Assembly: GCA_902575815.1 (NCBI GenBank)
Contig: CACGTA010000004.1
Span: 13,925-77,924 of the forward strand
Origin: an uncultured Alphaproteobacteria bacterium
GTDB taxonomy: Bacteria; Pseudomonadota; Alphaproteobacteria; HIMB59; GCA-002718135
Length of the DNA: 64,000 nt
Direction: 5' to 3'
Shown: positions 16,541-26,841 of the stretch, one piece after another
Layout of the letters: every line of letters starts with the position of its first letter
Position numbering within the stretch: position 1 is the stretch's first letter
Notes under the pieces: model-generated
The model's database searches: none
What the model was told of the DNA's origin: nothing
Seen by the model: the letters and a program-made list of their open reading frames with translations, nothing else
Position numbers and translations under genes: made by a program

Positions 16541-17978
16541 GAATATTGAATCTGACATAAATTTTGGTCCAAGGTTAAAAAAACAAAGGATAAGCAAAGG
16601 TTTTTCACAAGCTGAATTATCAAAAACTATTGGAATATCTCCTAGTTATTTAAATTTAATTGAAAGTGGAAAAAGAAAAATACCGCTTTCCTTACTAATT
16701 AAAGCAGCTGATAAATTAGATTTATCAATTAAAGACTTCTCAACAGAATCTAGCAAACGACTTCTTTCAGACGTGATGGATGTTTTAAGCAATGAAATTT
16801 TTGATGATTTAAAGATAACTAATCACGACACAAGTGACTTCATTGGTTCAAATCCTAACATAGCTAAAGCATTACTGACAATAAATGATTCTTTCAAAAG
16901 CTTTAAAGAAGATATGCAAAATCGACTTGAAACTATGGATGTCAATGCAAATCAAATAAAAAAACCAACAAGACTACCTGTAGAAATTGTTTCAGATATT
17001 CTTCAAGAAAATAAAAATTACTTTCATGATTTAGAAGTAAGTTCTGAAAATCTAAGAAAAGAAATAGGTCTTGAAACTGGACCTAACATTGGTTCTGGAT
17101 CTAAATTATCACTTTATCTCAAAGAAAAACATGGAATTGAGGTTAAAATTGTAACCATAAACGAAGATGAAAAAATAGTAAAAAGATTTGATGAAAATTC
17201 AAAGATTTTTTATCTTTCTGAAATGTTAACTTATACATCTAGAAACTTTCATTTAGCATCACAAGTTGCTTATTTAGAGGCTAATGAAGTTATCAATAAA
17301 GTTATTAAAGATAATAATGTTGAATCAGAAGAAGTAGAACCCTTGCTTAAACTATCTTTACTAAATTATTATGCTGCTGCTTTTATGATGCCTTATAACG
17401 ATTTTTTAAAGAGTGCTAAATTACATAAATATGATGTAGAAATTTTGATGCATCATTATGCTTGTAGTTTTGAACAAGTTACACATAGATTAACAAATCT
17501 TCAAAGACCCGGAAACGAAGGAGTGCCATTTCATTTTTTAAAAACAGATATTGCTGGAAATGTGTCAAAACGATTTTCTTTATCTGGTATTCATATACCA
17601 AGACATGGAGGTTCTTGTCCTAGATGGAATGTATATACTGCTTTTTTAAATCCTGGAAAAATTCATCCTCAAATATCTAAAATGCCAGATGGACGAGTGT
17701 ATTTTTGTATCGCAAGAGCTTTTGAGAAAGGAATTGAAAAACATGGAATGCCTAAAAGCTTTGTTTCAATTGGTTTAGGTTGTGATATGAAATACGCAAA
17801 AGATTTAATATATTCTGAAGGAATTGATTTAAATAATAAAAAATTACAAATGCCAATTGGAGTTTCTTGTAGAATTTGCCCTAGAGTAGAATGTCAGCAA
17901 AGAGCTTTTCCTCCAATTGATAAAGAACTTAAATTAGATATAAAATATCGTGGCACCTCTCCCTACGTTACAATTTAG
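16539..17978 (+). CDS. Short-chain fatty acyl-CoA regulator family (RamB/PrpR/PccR; XRE HTH + DUF955 + DUF2083)
   Basis: N-terminal SQAEL..IGISPSYLNLIE.GKR HTH; SFEQV.HRL..LQRPG; C-terminal IG.SCRICPR.ECQQRAFP. Confidence 0.92.
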   Translation: MNIESDINFGPRLKKQRISKGFSQAELSKTIGISPSYLNLIESGKRKIPLSLLIKAADKLDLSIKDFSTESSKRLLSDVMDVLSNEIFDDLKITNHDTSDFIGSNPNIAKALLTINDSFKSFKEDMQNRLETMDVNANQIKKPTRLPVEIVSDILQENKNYFHDLEVSSENLRKEIGLETGPNIGSGSKLSLYLKEKHGIEVKIVTINEDEKIVKRFDENSKIFYLSEMLTYTSRNFHLASQVAYLEANEVINKVIKDNNVESEEVEPLLKLSLLNYYAAAFMMPYNDFLKSAKLHKYDVEILMHHYACSFEQVTHRLTNLQRPGNEGVPFHFLKTDIAGNVSKRFSLSGIHIPRHGGSCPRWNVYTAFLNPGKIHPQISKMPDGRVYFCIARAFEKGIEKHGMPKSFVSIGLGCDMKYAKDLIYSEGIDLNNKKLQMPIGVSCRICPRVECQQRAFPPIDKELKLDIKYRGTSPYVTI

Positions 17979-18986
17979 TTAAATTTTAACTAACATTTTA
18001 CCTAAATTTTTACCATTCAGTAGATCTATAAATGCTTTTGGAGCATTTTCTATATTTTCATAAATTGTTTCTTTAAATTTTATTTTTCCTTCTGAAAGCC
18101 AATTTCGCATATCAGTTTCAAAAGGCTCTTTATCTTTTTCATGATCAAAAATTAAAAAACCTTTTATTGTTAATCTTTTTACTAATACGTGAGCCATATT
18201 TTTTAGGCCTGCAGGAGCAGAAGTTGAATTCATTTGAGATATTCTTCCACAAATAATAATTCTTCCAAAATTTTTCATTCGAAAAATTGCAGACTCTAAA
18301 AAATCACCCCCAACATTATCAAAGTATAAGTCAAATCCTTCAGGACAAATTTCTTTTAAGTGAAGAACAAGGTTATCAATTTTTTTATAATTAAATGCTA
18401 CATCAACATTTAATTCATTTTTTAACCAATCAACTTTTTCATCTGATCCTGTACTAGCGTAAACTTTACATCCTAAATTTTTTGCAATTTGACAAACTGT
18501 TGATCCAACACTTCCACCTGCTGAAGATACAAGAATACTTTGTCCCTTTTGTATTTTTCCATGATTGAAAAGACCAATATATGCAGTCTGCCCTGTCATT
18601 CCTAAAGGTCCTAGATAAGTTTGCAATGGAAGATCAGAATTTTTGATTTTTTTTAAATCACTACTTTTGCAAATGAAGTTATCTCTCATGCCAAAATTAC
18701 TGAACACAATATCTCCTTCTTGAAATTGTGAATCTTTTGATTTTTGGACTAAACCAATTGCATAACCCTCCATTTCCTCCCCTAGTAAAAAGGGTGGTTT
18801 ATAATTTTTACGTTCTGTCATTCTTGCTCTCATATACGGATCAACTGATATCCACGAATTAAGAACATGAATATTATTTGTTTTATCTAACTCTAAAGCT
18901 TTAGATTTAATTTCAAAATCATCTTCTTTAGGTAAACCAGTTGGGATATAATTTTTTAAGGCTACATATTTTGAGATTATTGTCAT
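17979..18986 (-). CDS. NADP-dependent oxidoreductase (MDR, CurA/prostaglandin reductase type)
   Basis: ISVDPYMR.RM, LGMTG.TAY, YFDNVGG, CG.IS, G.N.GK. Confidence 0.9.
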   Translation of the reverse strand: MTIISKYVALKNYIPTGLPKEDDFEIKSKALELDKTNNIHVLNSWISVDPYMRARMTERKNYKPPFLLGEEMEGYAIGLVQKSKDSQFQEGDIVFSNFGMRDNFICKSSDLKKIKNSDLPLQTYLGPLGMTGQTAYIGLFNHGKIQKGQSILVSSAGGSVGSTVCQIAKNLGCKVYASTGSDEKVDWLKNELNVDVAFNYKKIDNLVLHLKEICPEGFDLYFDNVGGDFLESAIFRMKNFGRIIICGRISQMNSTSAPAGLKNMAHVLVKRLTIKGFLIFDHEKDKEPFETDMRNWLSEGKIKFKETIYENIENAPKAFIDLLNGKNLGKMLVKI

Positions 18987-18988
18987 AA

Positions 18989-19909
18989 TTATAATTTATA
19001 TTTTTTCTTTAATTCTAGCAAATCTATTAAGAAATTATCTCTTATGTTACTTAAATCTTTTATAGAATGATTATTTGATTGTTTTTTTGTTCCTTTGATG
19101 ATTTTTTCTTTAAGTTTTTTTGATAATTTTGGAGACTTGAGTTTAGTCCATGGAAGTTTCAATGCTGGTCCAAATTGATCTAACATGTGTTTCATACCCA
19201 TTTCCCCTCCAGCTAGATGAAATGTAAGAAAAGTTCCCATTAGAGCCCACCTCATACCAGGACCATAAGTAATCGCTTCATCCAAATCTTTTGTTGAAGC
19301 AAATCCATCATTTACAATATGTAATCCTTCTCTCCATAAAGCTTCTTGTAATCTATCAGATAAAAAGCCTGGCAATTCTTTTTCTACCAATAACGTTTTC
19401 ATTTTAATTTTTTGATAAAATTTTTTTGCTTTATTGAGGTATAAATTTGTAGTTTTTTTCCCTTTTACAATTTCAACCAATGGGAGAATATATACAGGGT
19501 TAAAGGGATGAGCTATGATTAATCTTTTTGGATTAATACATTTCGATTGTAAATCTGATGGAAGTAAACCAGATGAGCTTGAAGCAATTATTGAATTTGA
19601 GGGTGAATATTTACTTATATTTTTTATAACATCTTTTTTTAAAGATAGTCTTTCAGGCACATTTTCCTGAATTAAATCTGCATTTTTCACTGCTTCCTCA
19701 ATATTATCTACGATTTCCAAATTTTTGAAGTTGATTTTTGTATTATATAATTTTTTTATAATTAAGTTTGTTCTTATTATTTCATCTTTCAGAAAAGTTA
19801 ATTGCTGAAAATTTTTATCAAATGCTTTAACTTTTATACCATTAGCTAGAAATCTAAGTATCCAGCCGGTACCAATTACACCAGTTCCAATGACAGCAAT
19901 ATTTTTCAA
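18989..19909 (-). CDS. cdhA: L-carnitine 3-dehydrogenase (3-hydroxyacyl-CoA DH family)
   Basis: GTGVIG.GW, IQE.VPE, SSSSG, HPFNPVY.LPLVE, DRLQEALWRE, GPG.RW..MG, QFGPALKLPWTKL; adjacent to BKACE and thioesterase. Confidence 0.85.
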   Translation of the reverse strand: MKNIAVIGTGVIGTGWILRFLANGIKVKAFDKNFQQLTFLKDEIIRTNLIIKKLYNTKINFKNLEIVDNIEEAVKNADLIQENVPERLSLKKDVIKNISKYSPSNSIIASSSSGLLPSDLQSKCINPKRLIIAHPFNPVYILPLVEIVKGKKTTNLYLNKAKKFYQKIKMKTLLVEKELPGFLSDRLQEALWREGLHIVNDGFASTKDLDEAITYGPGMRWALMGTFLTFHLAGGEMGMKHMLDQFGPALKLPWTKLKSPKLSKKLKEKIIKGTKKQSNNHSIKDLSNIRDNFLIDLLELKKKYKL

Positions 19910-19910
19910 A

Positions 19911-20801
19911 TTAAAAGTGTTTTTTTAGTTTTAATTTCTCTCTTGTCTGTTGCGGGGATATAATAGAAGCTCCCATATCTTCAACAATGCATCTTGCCTT
20001 TTCAACTAATTGTGCATTTGATGCAAAAACTCCTTTCTTTAAATAAAGATTGTCTTCCAGTCCTACACGAACATTTCCTCCTAAAATAACTGCTTGTGCA
20101 GCCATTGGCATTTGAGATCTTCCTATTCCAAATCCAGACCAAATGCCTTCAGAGGGTACCATTTCTGCCATTGCTTTCATTGCGCTCGTTGTTGCTGGTG
20201 ACCCCCAAGGTATACCAAGGCATATTTGATAAAAAGGAGGTCCATCAATTAAACCTTCTTTATAAAGTTGGTTAGCAAACCATAAATGACCCATTTCAAA
20301 AGCTTCCATTTCTGGTTTCACTCCAAGCTCCTGCATTTTTTTTGCCGCAGTTCTTAGTTGTATTGGTGTATGAATAAATGTCATGTTTGTGTCACCAAAA
20401 TTAAGTGATCCACAATCTAGAGTACAAATTTCAGGTAATAATTCTTCAACATGTTCTAATCTGCTTAATGCATCGATCATATCTGTATTTGCTCCCACCG
20501 GATTTAAAGGATCTTTACCCGTTCCGACTTCAAAATCACCACCCATACCTGTTGTAAAATTTAAAACTACATCAGTTTCAGAAGAGCGAATTCTATCTGC
20601 CACTTCTTTATAATAATTTAAATTTCTAGAAGGTTTGCCATCAGGTTCTCTTACATGTACATGAGCTATTGCTGCACCTGCTTTAGCGGCTTCAATTGAA
20701 GCATCAGCAATTTGTTTTGGTGTTATAGGTAATTCAGGATGTTTACCTGCTGTATCACCAGATCCTGTTACAGCACATGAAATTATTACTTCATTATTCA
20801 T
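19911..20801 (-). CDS. cdhC: Beta-keto acid cleavage enzyme (BKACE/DUF849), 3-dehydrocarnitine type
   Basis: [38 protein letters not shown]. Confidence 0.87.
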   Translation of the reverse strand: MNNEVIISCAVTGSGDTAGKHPELPITPKQIADASIEAAKAGAAIAHVHVREPDGKPSRNLNYYKEVADRIRSSETDVVLNFTTGMGGDFEVGTGKDPLNPVGANTDMIDALSRLEHVEELLPEICTLDCGSLNFGDTNMTFIHTPIQLRTAAKKMQELGVKPEMEAFEMGHLWFANQLYKEGLIDGPPFYQICLGIPWGSPATTSAMKAMAEMVPSEGIWSGFGIGRSQMPMAAQAVILGGNVRVGLEDNLYLKKGVFASNAQLVEKARCIVEDMGASIISPQQTREKLKLKKHF

Positions 20802-20843
20802 TATTTTAAACTACTATATTTTTTGAATTAATAAAGTAAAACA

Positions 20844-21311
20844 ATGAAGATATATTTAAATTCAGGACGAGTTAAAAAGGAATGGACTGATTACAATGGT
20901 CATATGAATTTGGCATTTTATATCCATCTTTTTGATTCTGGATGGGAAGTTCTTTTACAAAAATTTAATATGGGTGAAACTTCTGCAAAAACAGAGAAGA
21001 AAACCACGTTTGCTGTAGAGTCACATACAACTTATGACAAAGAAGTGAAAGAGGGTGATGAAGTAGATATTAATTTATTATTTCTTGATAGGGATAAAAA
21101 AAGATTAATTTATAAATTAGAAATGACACATAAACTTGAAGGTTATAGAGCAGCAACAACAGAGGTTTGTTCTTTGTATGTTGATTTAAATGTTAGAAAA
21201 GTTGCTGAATTAGAATTAGAAAAGCAAAAAGATATTGATAAATTTATTCAAGAAAATAAAAATAACTTTGACCCAGGCAACCTAACACTAATCAACAAGC
21301 TAAAAAAATAA
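20844..21311 (+). CDS. cdhB: Hotdog-fold thioesterase (betainyl-CoA thioesterase-like)
   Basis: EWTDYNGHMN.A.Y motif; carnitine cluster context. Confidence 0.75.
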   Translation: MKIYLNSGRVKKEWTDYNGHMNLAFYIHLFDSGWEVLLQKFNMGETSAKTEKKTTFAVESHTTYDKEVKEGDEVDINLLFLDRDKKRLIYKLEMTHKLEGYRAATTEVCSLYVDLNVRKVAELELEKQKDIDKFIQENKNNFDPGNLTLINKLKK

Positions 21312-21875
21312 TTATAAATTTCTATAAGGTGTTCTATTAAAAATTCTTTGAACCATTGGAACAAATTCTTTTAAAGGAATTGTATCATAATTTGGATCAA
21401 ATGATGCTTGATCCCATCTTTCACAAAAATTTATAGTGTCTTTAAAGAATTCATGACCTTTGAATTTATCTCTAATATTTCTATCTTTTCCATAATAATG
21501 ATTATAGTAGTAGGCCTGAAACAAACCGTGTTGTTCTACAATCCATCTTGTTTTTTCAGAAACAAAAGGTTTTAATACTGCAGCTGCAAGTTCAGAATGA
21601 TTAAGAGGTGCAATTTCATCACCTATATCATGCAATAAAGAGGCTACCACCATTTCTTCAGAAGCTTCTTCACGTAAGGCTCTTGATGCAGTTTGAAGAG
21701 AATGTTCTAATCTAGATACCTTATAGCCACCTAAAGAGTTGTCTAAACTTTCTAGCACTCTTACTATTCGATCAGCTGTACCTTCAATAAATTTATCTTC
21801 AAAATTAGCAAGAAGTTCATAATCCTCTTTATCACCATGTTTCATTTCAGTGAATTTTACTTCATCTTTAGACAT
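21312..21875 (-). CDS. HD-domain metalloprotein (PhnZ/TmpB/MIOX-like ligand pattern)
   Basis: LEHSLQTA...LLHDIGD...NH...QHG.FQ...WD; start ATG 21875 or 21890. Confidence 0.82.
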   Translation of the reverse strand: MSKDEVKFTEMKHGDKEDYELLANFEDKFIEGTADRIVRVLESLDNSLGGYKVSRLEHSLQTASRALREEASEEMVVASLLHDIGDEIAPLNHSELAAAVLKPFVSEKTRWIVEQHGLFQAYYYNHYYGKDRNIRDKFKGHEFFKDTINFCERWDQASFDPNYDTIPLKEFVPMVQRIFNRTPYRNL

Positions 21876-21903
21876 GAAATAATTATACATATTTTTAAAT
21901 TTT

Positions 21904-22887
21904 ATGAAACTAATTCCTGAATGGCATGAACACCAATATTGTTTGATTGCTTGGCCGTGTAATAAAGATCTTTATGGTAAAATTATTAATAAGGCTAGAG
22001 ATGAAGTTGCAAATGTAATTAATGAAATTGCAAAAACTGAGCAGGTTATTGTTTTGTCAAATAAAGAAGATATTAATGAAATTCAAAATAAAACTGATCA
22101 TAAAAATATAGATATTATAGAATGTAAATTAGATGATTCTTGGATGCGAGATATTGCACCAATTTTTTATAATGAAAATGAAAAATTAAAATCAATTAGC
22201 TTTGAATTTAATGGTTATGGAAAGTATCCAGATTATTTAAATGATAATAAAATATCAAAATTTATTTCAAGCTATTTAAATATCCCAACAACAACTTCTG
22301 ACTTGGTCATTGAAGGAGGAGCAATAACTTATGATGATAAAAAAAATTTATTTAGCACTAAAAATGTAATATTTAATAAAAATAGAAAACAAAAACATAA
22401 TAGTGAATATATTATTAAAGAATTAAAGCTCTTGTTTGACTTAAATTATATTTTTTTATTTGAAAATGGACTAATGGAGGATGATACAGATGGTCATGTA
22501 GATAATTTATTATCCCCGATAGGAAAAAATCAATATTTAATTGCTACAACTCACAAATTAGATCCTAATTATCAAATATTAGAAAAAAACAAAGCTGATC
22601 TTATTAAGTTTTTTAGAGATACTAATCAGACATTTGATTTAATTGAAGTTCCTTTACCTACAAGAAAAAAGATTAATAATAAGAATATTATTAGTTCATA
22701 TATAAACTTCTATTTCAGTAAAAATAAAATTATCTTACCTAAATTCAATGTTAAGGAAGATAATGAGGTAAAATTAATTTTTGAAAAGTTATTCCCAAAT
22801 CGAGAAATTATGATGTTGGAAACAGAAAATATAAATTATGGTGGTGGAAATATTCATTGTATAACAATGAATGTACCTAAAATATGA
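21904..22887 (+). CDS. aguA: Agmatine deiminase
   Basis: PEW..H, DSWMRD, EGG, DTDGHVD, SYINF, GGGNIHCIT. Confidence 0.92.
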   Translation: MKLIPEWHEHQYCLIAWPCNKDLYGKIINKARDEVANVINEIAKTEQVIVLSNKEDINEIQNKTDHKNIDIIECKLDDSWMRDIAPIFYNENEKLKSISFEFNGYGKYPDYLNDNKISKFISSYLNIPTTTSDLVIEGGAITYDDKKNLFSTKNVIFNKNRKQKHNSEYIIKELKLLFDLNYIFLFENGLMEDDTDGHVDNLLSPIGKNQYLIATTHKLDPNYQILEKNKADLIKFFRDTNQTFDLIEVPLPTRKKINNKNIISSYINFYFSKNKIILPKFNVKEDNEVKLIFEKLFPNREIMMLETENINYGGGNIHCITMNVPKI

Positions 22888-23741
22888 AAGTAAAAGTAGC
22901 AACATCACAATTCAAGGCTATTAAAGGAGACTTTGACGCTAATTTAAATAAAGCAATTAGTTTAGTTGAAAAAGCATCAAATGAAAATGTTGATATTTTA
23001 CTTCTGCAAGAATTATTTCAAGATTATTATTTTTGTTCAACAAAAAATGATAAATTTTTTGATCTTGCAATTGATTTTCCTTCTAATCCAATGTTCGAAA
23101 AATTATCTAAGATTTGTAAAGATAAAAAGATTTCATTACCAATTAGTTTTTTTCAAAAAAATGAAAATAATTTTTTTAACTCACTAGTAATGATTAATTC
23201 TTTAGGTGAAATTAGTGAAGTTTATAATAAGTCCCACATTCCAGAAGGTCCAGGATATAATGAGAAGTATTATTTTGAAAAAGGTAATACTGGTTTTATG
23301 GTTTTTGATACCCCAAAAGCAAAGGTTGGTTGTGCAATTTGTTGGGATCAATGGTTTCCTGAATGTGCAAGAATATTAACGTTGAAAGGTGCAGATCTAA
23401 TTTTTTATCCATCAGCAATTGGCTCTGAACCACACATGCCTGAATTAAATTCAAAAGATCATTGGATTAATACTATGATTGGCCATGCTGCTGCAAATCA
23501 GATTCCAATTATAACCTCGAATAGAATAGGGAAGGAGGTCGAAGCTGATATTGAATTAAATTTTTATGGTAATTCTTTTATACTGGATCATCTTGGAAAT
23601 GTAATAAATCGTATGAATGATAAGGATGAGGGAATAATAACTGCAACTTTAGATTTGTTAATTTCAAGAGAATATAGAAAATTATGGGGTAACTTTCGAG
23701 ACAGAAGGCCTGATCTATATAAAAAAATTCTCGATTTTTAA
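22884..23741 (+). CDS. aguB: N-carbamoylputrescine amidase
   Basis: Nitrilase triad LQELF / KSHIP.GPGY.EK / ICWDQWFPE; YPSAIGSEP; DRRPDLY. Confidence 0.93.
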   Translation: MKVKVATSQFKAIKGDFDANLNKAISLVEKASNENVDILLLQELFQDYYFCSTKNDKFFDLAIDFPSNPMFEKLSKICKDKKISLPISFFQKNENNFFNSLVMINSLGEISEVYNKSHIPEGPGYNEKYYFEKGNTGFMVFDTPKAKVGCAICWDQWFPECARILTLKGADLIFYPSAIGSEPHMPELNSKDHWINTMIGHAAANQIPIITSNRIGKEVEADIELNFYGNSFILDHLGNVINRMNDKDEGIITATLDLLISREYRKLWGNFRDRRPDLYKKILDF

Positions 23742-23781
23742 TTTATTTTATTTAATGTAATTTTTATTTAGGAGGGGAATA

Positions 23782-24834
23782 ATGCTTAAGTATTTTATAT
23801 CTCTATTAGTTTTAATTTCTTTTTCAGCTCAGGCTAAAGAAGAATTATTTATTTACAATTGGTCTGACTATATTGCTGAAGATACAATTGAAAATTTCGA
23901 AAATGAATTTGGCATTGATGTAACTTATGATGTGTTTGATTCAAACGAAGTTCTTGAAGCTAAACTTTTAGCTGGTGGTTCAGGTTATGATATTGTGGTG
24001 CCTTCAGGCTCTTTTTTAGAAAATCAAATCAAGGCTGGAGTTTTTCAAAAACTTGATAAGGCTCAACTTTCAAACATTGGTAATTTAGATCCCGATGTAC
24101 TAGCAAAAATTGATGCACATGATCCAGGAGGTCAATACTCGATAAATTATATGTATGGTACTACAGGTATTGGCTATAATACTGATAAAGTTGATGAAAA
24201 TGATATTACAAGTTGGAGCATTTTGTTTGATCCAGCTATTGCATCAAAATATGCAGATTGTGGAATCGCAATGTTGGATGCTCCTACAGAGGTTATGGAA
24301 ATCGCTTTAAAATACGTTGGAAAAGATCCTTATACAGAGGATGAGAAAGATTATGAGGTTGCTCTTGAAATGTTACAGCAAATAAGACCTTACATAAGAT
24401 ATTTTGATTCTTCTCAATATATCGATGATTTAGCAAATGGAGAGATCTGTTTAACTATGGGTTGGTCAGGTGACGTTTTTCTAGCTGCAGATGAAGCTGC
24501 AGATGGAGTAGAGGCTTGGTACTCAATTCCATCTGAAGGAACTGTAATATGGTTTGATATGATGGCTATTCCAGCTGATGCAAAAAATGTTGAGAATGCA
24601 CACAAATTTATAAATTATATTTTAAGACCTCAAGTTGCTGCTGATATTACAAATTACGTTTGGTATTCAAATCCAAATAAAGCAGCCAATGAACTAGTTG
24701 ATCCTGAAATTTTTGAAGATCCTGCTATTTATCCAGATGAAGCAACTTTAAGTATGCTTTTTGCTGATACTGCAGACTCTCCGAAAAAATCTAAATTATC
24801 AACTAAATATTTTAATAAGTTTAAAGCAAATTAA
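23782..24834 (+). CDS. potF: Polyamine ABC transporter substrate-binding protein
   Basis: YNWSDYI, FDSNE.LEAKL..G.SGYD, GWSGD, WFD; signal peptide; GGAGG SD. Confidence 0.88.
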   Translation: MLKYFISLLVLISFSAQAKEELFIYNWSDYIAEDTIENFENEFGIDVTYDVFDSNEVLEAKLLAGGSGYDIVVPSGSFLENQIKAGVFQKLDKAQLSNIGNLDPDVLAKIDAHDPGGQYSINYMYGTTGIGYNTDKVDENDITSWSILFDPAIASKYADCGIAMLDAPTEVMEIALKYVGKDPYTEDEKDYEVALEMLQQIRPYIRYFDSSQYIDDLANGEICLTMGWSGDVFLAADEAADGVEAWYSIPSEGTVIWFDMMAIPADAKNVENAHKFINYILRPQVAADITNYVWYSNPNKAANELVDPEIFEDPAIYPDEATLSMLFADTADSPKKSKLSTKYFNKFKAN

Positions 24835-24849
24835 AAAATATACTTCATT

Positions 24850-24879
24850 TCAGCACTAATATATTAATATTAGTGCTGA
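24850..24879 (+). terminator. Intercistronic stem-loop after potF
   Basis: TCAGCACTAATAT-ATTA-ATATTAGTGCTGA 13-bp inverted repeat. Confidence 0.7.
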
Positions 24880-24885
24880 TTTAAG

Positions 24886-25953
24886 ATGGATAATAATTTT
24901 CTTGTAATTGAAAATATTTCTAAATCCTTTGGAGATAACAAAGTTTTAGAAAATATTAATTTAAATATTTCAAAATCTGAATTTTTTGGTCTCTTAGGAT
25001 CTTCGGGTTCAGGCAAAACTACATTACTAAGAATACTAGGTGGATTTGAGAAGCCAGATACAGGACGTGTAATACTCGACGGAATGGACATAACAAACCT
25101 TGAACCTTTTGATAGACCATTAAACTATATGTTTCAATCGTATGCTCTATTTCCTCACTTAAACGTATTTAATAATTTAGCTTTTGGAATAAAAGAAAAT
25201 TTTACCCAAAAAGAAATTGAAATAAATGTAAGAAATATTGCTGAACTTTTATCTATTGAACATTTATTAAATAGAAGAATTAAGCAACTATCAGGCGGAG
25301 AGCAGCAAAGAGTTGCCCTTGGAAGGTGCTTAATAAAAAAACCTAAGTTATTATTATTAGATGAGCCTCTTGCAGCACTAGATAAAAAACTAAGATCAAA
25401 AACACAATTAGAGTTAACAACACTCCAAAAGAAATTAAAAATTACATTTGTTTTTGTCACCCATGATCAGGAAGAGGCAATGTCCTTATCTGATAGAATG
25501 GCAATAATGAAGAATGGTCTTATTTTGGAATGTTCTAGCCCTGAAGAGATTTATGAAAATCCTAAAAGTCTTTATACTGCCAATTTTATAGGCATTGCAA
25601 ATATAATTGAGATTTACAAAAAAGATGAAAATTTTTATTCTGATGATTTAGGTATAAATTTTAAATTAAACAAAGAATTAAAAAATACAAAAACAAATAT
25701 TTTACTAAGACCAGAGAAAATAAAAATACAATCAATCAATAATTTGAAAACAAGTTCATTTAATTCCTTTTGTGGAGAAATTTTAGAAAAATCATATTTG
25801 GGAAGCTTTACACGTTATGAAATTAAAATTAAAAATATGATAATTTCAGTTTTAGATCAGAATTTTAACTCCAACTCAAATTATAATTTCCCAAAAGGGG
25901 AGAAAGTCATTTGTAGTTGGGAAAGTGAATCAATTAAGGTTTTAGAGGATTAA
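24886..25953 (+). CDS. potG: Polyamine ABC transporter ATP-binding protein
   Basis: GSSGSGKT, FQSYALFPHL, LSGGEQQR, LLLDEPL, VTHDQEEAM. Confidence 0.85.
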   Translation: MDNNFLVIENISKSFGDNKVLENINLNISKSEFFGLLGSSGSGKTTLLRILGGFEKPDTGRVILDGMDITNLEPFDRPLNYMFQSYALFPHLNVFNNLAFGIKENFTQKEIEINVRNIAELLSIEHLLNRRIKQLSGGEQQRVALGRCLIKKPKLLLLDEPLAALDKKLRSKTQLELTTLQKKLKITFVFVTHDQEEAMSLSDRMAIMKNGLILECSSPEEIYENPKSLYTANFIGIANIIEIYKKDENFYSDDLGINFKLNKELKNTKTNILLRPEKIKIQSINNLKTSSFNSFCGEILEKSYLGSFTRYEIKIKNMIISVLDQNFNSNSNYNFPKGEKVICSWESESIKVLED

Positions 25954-26841
25954 TTGAAAAATAAATTATTTGAAAAATATTTTGTTTTTAGTCCTTATTT
26001 TTGGCTTGTTCTATTTTTTTTTATACCATTAGCTATAATTTTTAAAATATCAATTTCGGTATCAGAATGGGGGATGCCTCCTTATCAAGATATTTTTCTT
26101 TTTGATAATGGATTTAAGATCAATACTACATTTGAAAACTATGTTTATATATTCAGTGATTATTACTACATTGGATCTTTTGTAAACTCTTTGATACTAG
26201 CTCTAATATCTACTTTTTTTTGTTTACTTATTGGGTTCCCATTAGCTTTTTATATTGCGACTTCAAATATCAGATTAAGAAATATTCTATTAGTTTTAGT
26301 AGTTATTCCATTTTGGTCATCATTTTTATTAAGAGTATATGCATGGAAAATAATTTTACAGAATAATGGAATTTTAAATGTAATACTTCTAAACCTAGGC
26401 ATAACATCAGAACCACTTCAATTATTATACAACCAATATGCTGTCATCATGGGAATTGTATACACTTATTTACCTTTGATGATTTTACCACTCTATGGAT
26501 ACTTAAATAAATTTGACTTAAATTTAATTGAAGCATCAAAAGATTTAGGATTAAATCGTATTAAAACCTTTTTTAAAGTTATTCTTCCTTTGTCTCTTCC
26601 AGGAATTGTTGCTGGATCTTTATTAGTTTTTATACCTGTTGTTGGAGAATTTATTATACCTGAAATGTTAGGTGGTAGTGATAGATTGTATTATGGAAAA
26701 ATATTATGGGAGGAATTCTTTGTTAATAGAAATTGGCCCGGTGCTAGTGCTTTAGCTTTTAGTGGAATTATTATTTTGGTTTTACCAATTGTTATTTTTC
26801 AAATACTTTATTCGCGTTGGAGTCAAAAAAATGAAATCTAG
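25954..26841 (+). CDS. potH: Polyamine ABC transporter permease
   Basis: PFWSSFLLRVYAW, YLP.MILPLY, EAS.DLG, FIP.VGEF.IP; TTG start. Confidence 0.85.
   Translation: MKNKLFEKYFVFSPYFWLVLFFFIPLAIIFKISISVSEWGMPPYQDIFLFDNGFKINTTFENYVYIFSDYYYIGSFVNSLILALISTFFCLLIGFPLAFYIATSNIRLRNILLVLVVIPFWSSFLLRVYAWKIILQNNGILNVILLNLGITSEPLQLLYNQYAVIMGIVYTYLPLMILPLYGYLNKFDLNLIEASKDLGLNRIKTFFKVILPLSLPGIVAGSLLVFIPVVGEFIIPEMLGGSDRLYYGKILWEEFFVNRNWPGASALAFSGIIILVLPIVIFQILYSRWSQKNEI

Noticed and set aside
17979-18986. Calling the MDR acuI
   Set aside because: Motifs are CurA/PTGR-type (SVDPYMR), not YhdH/AcuI-type.
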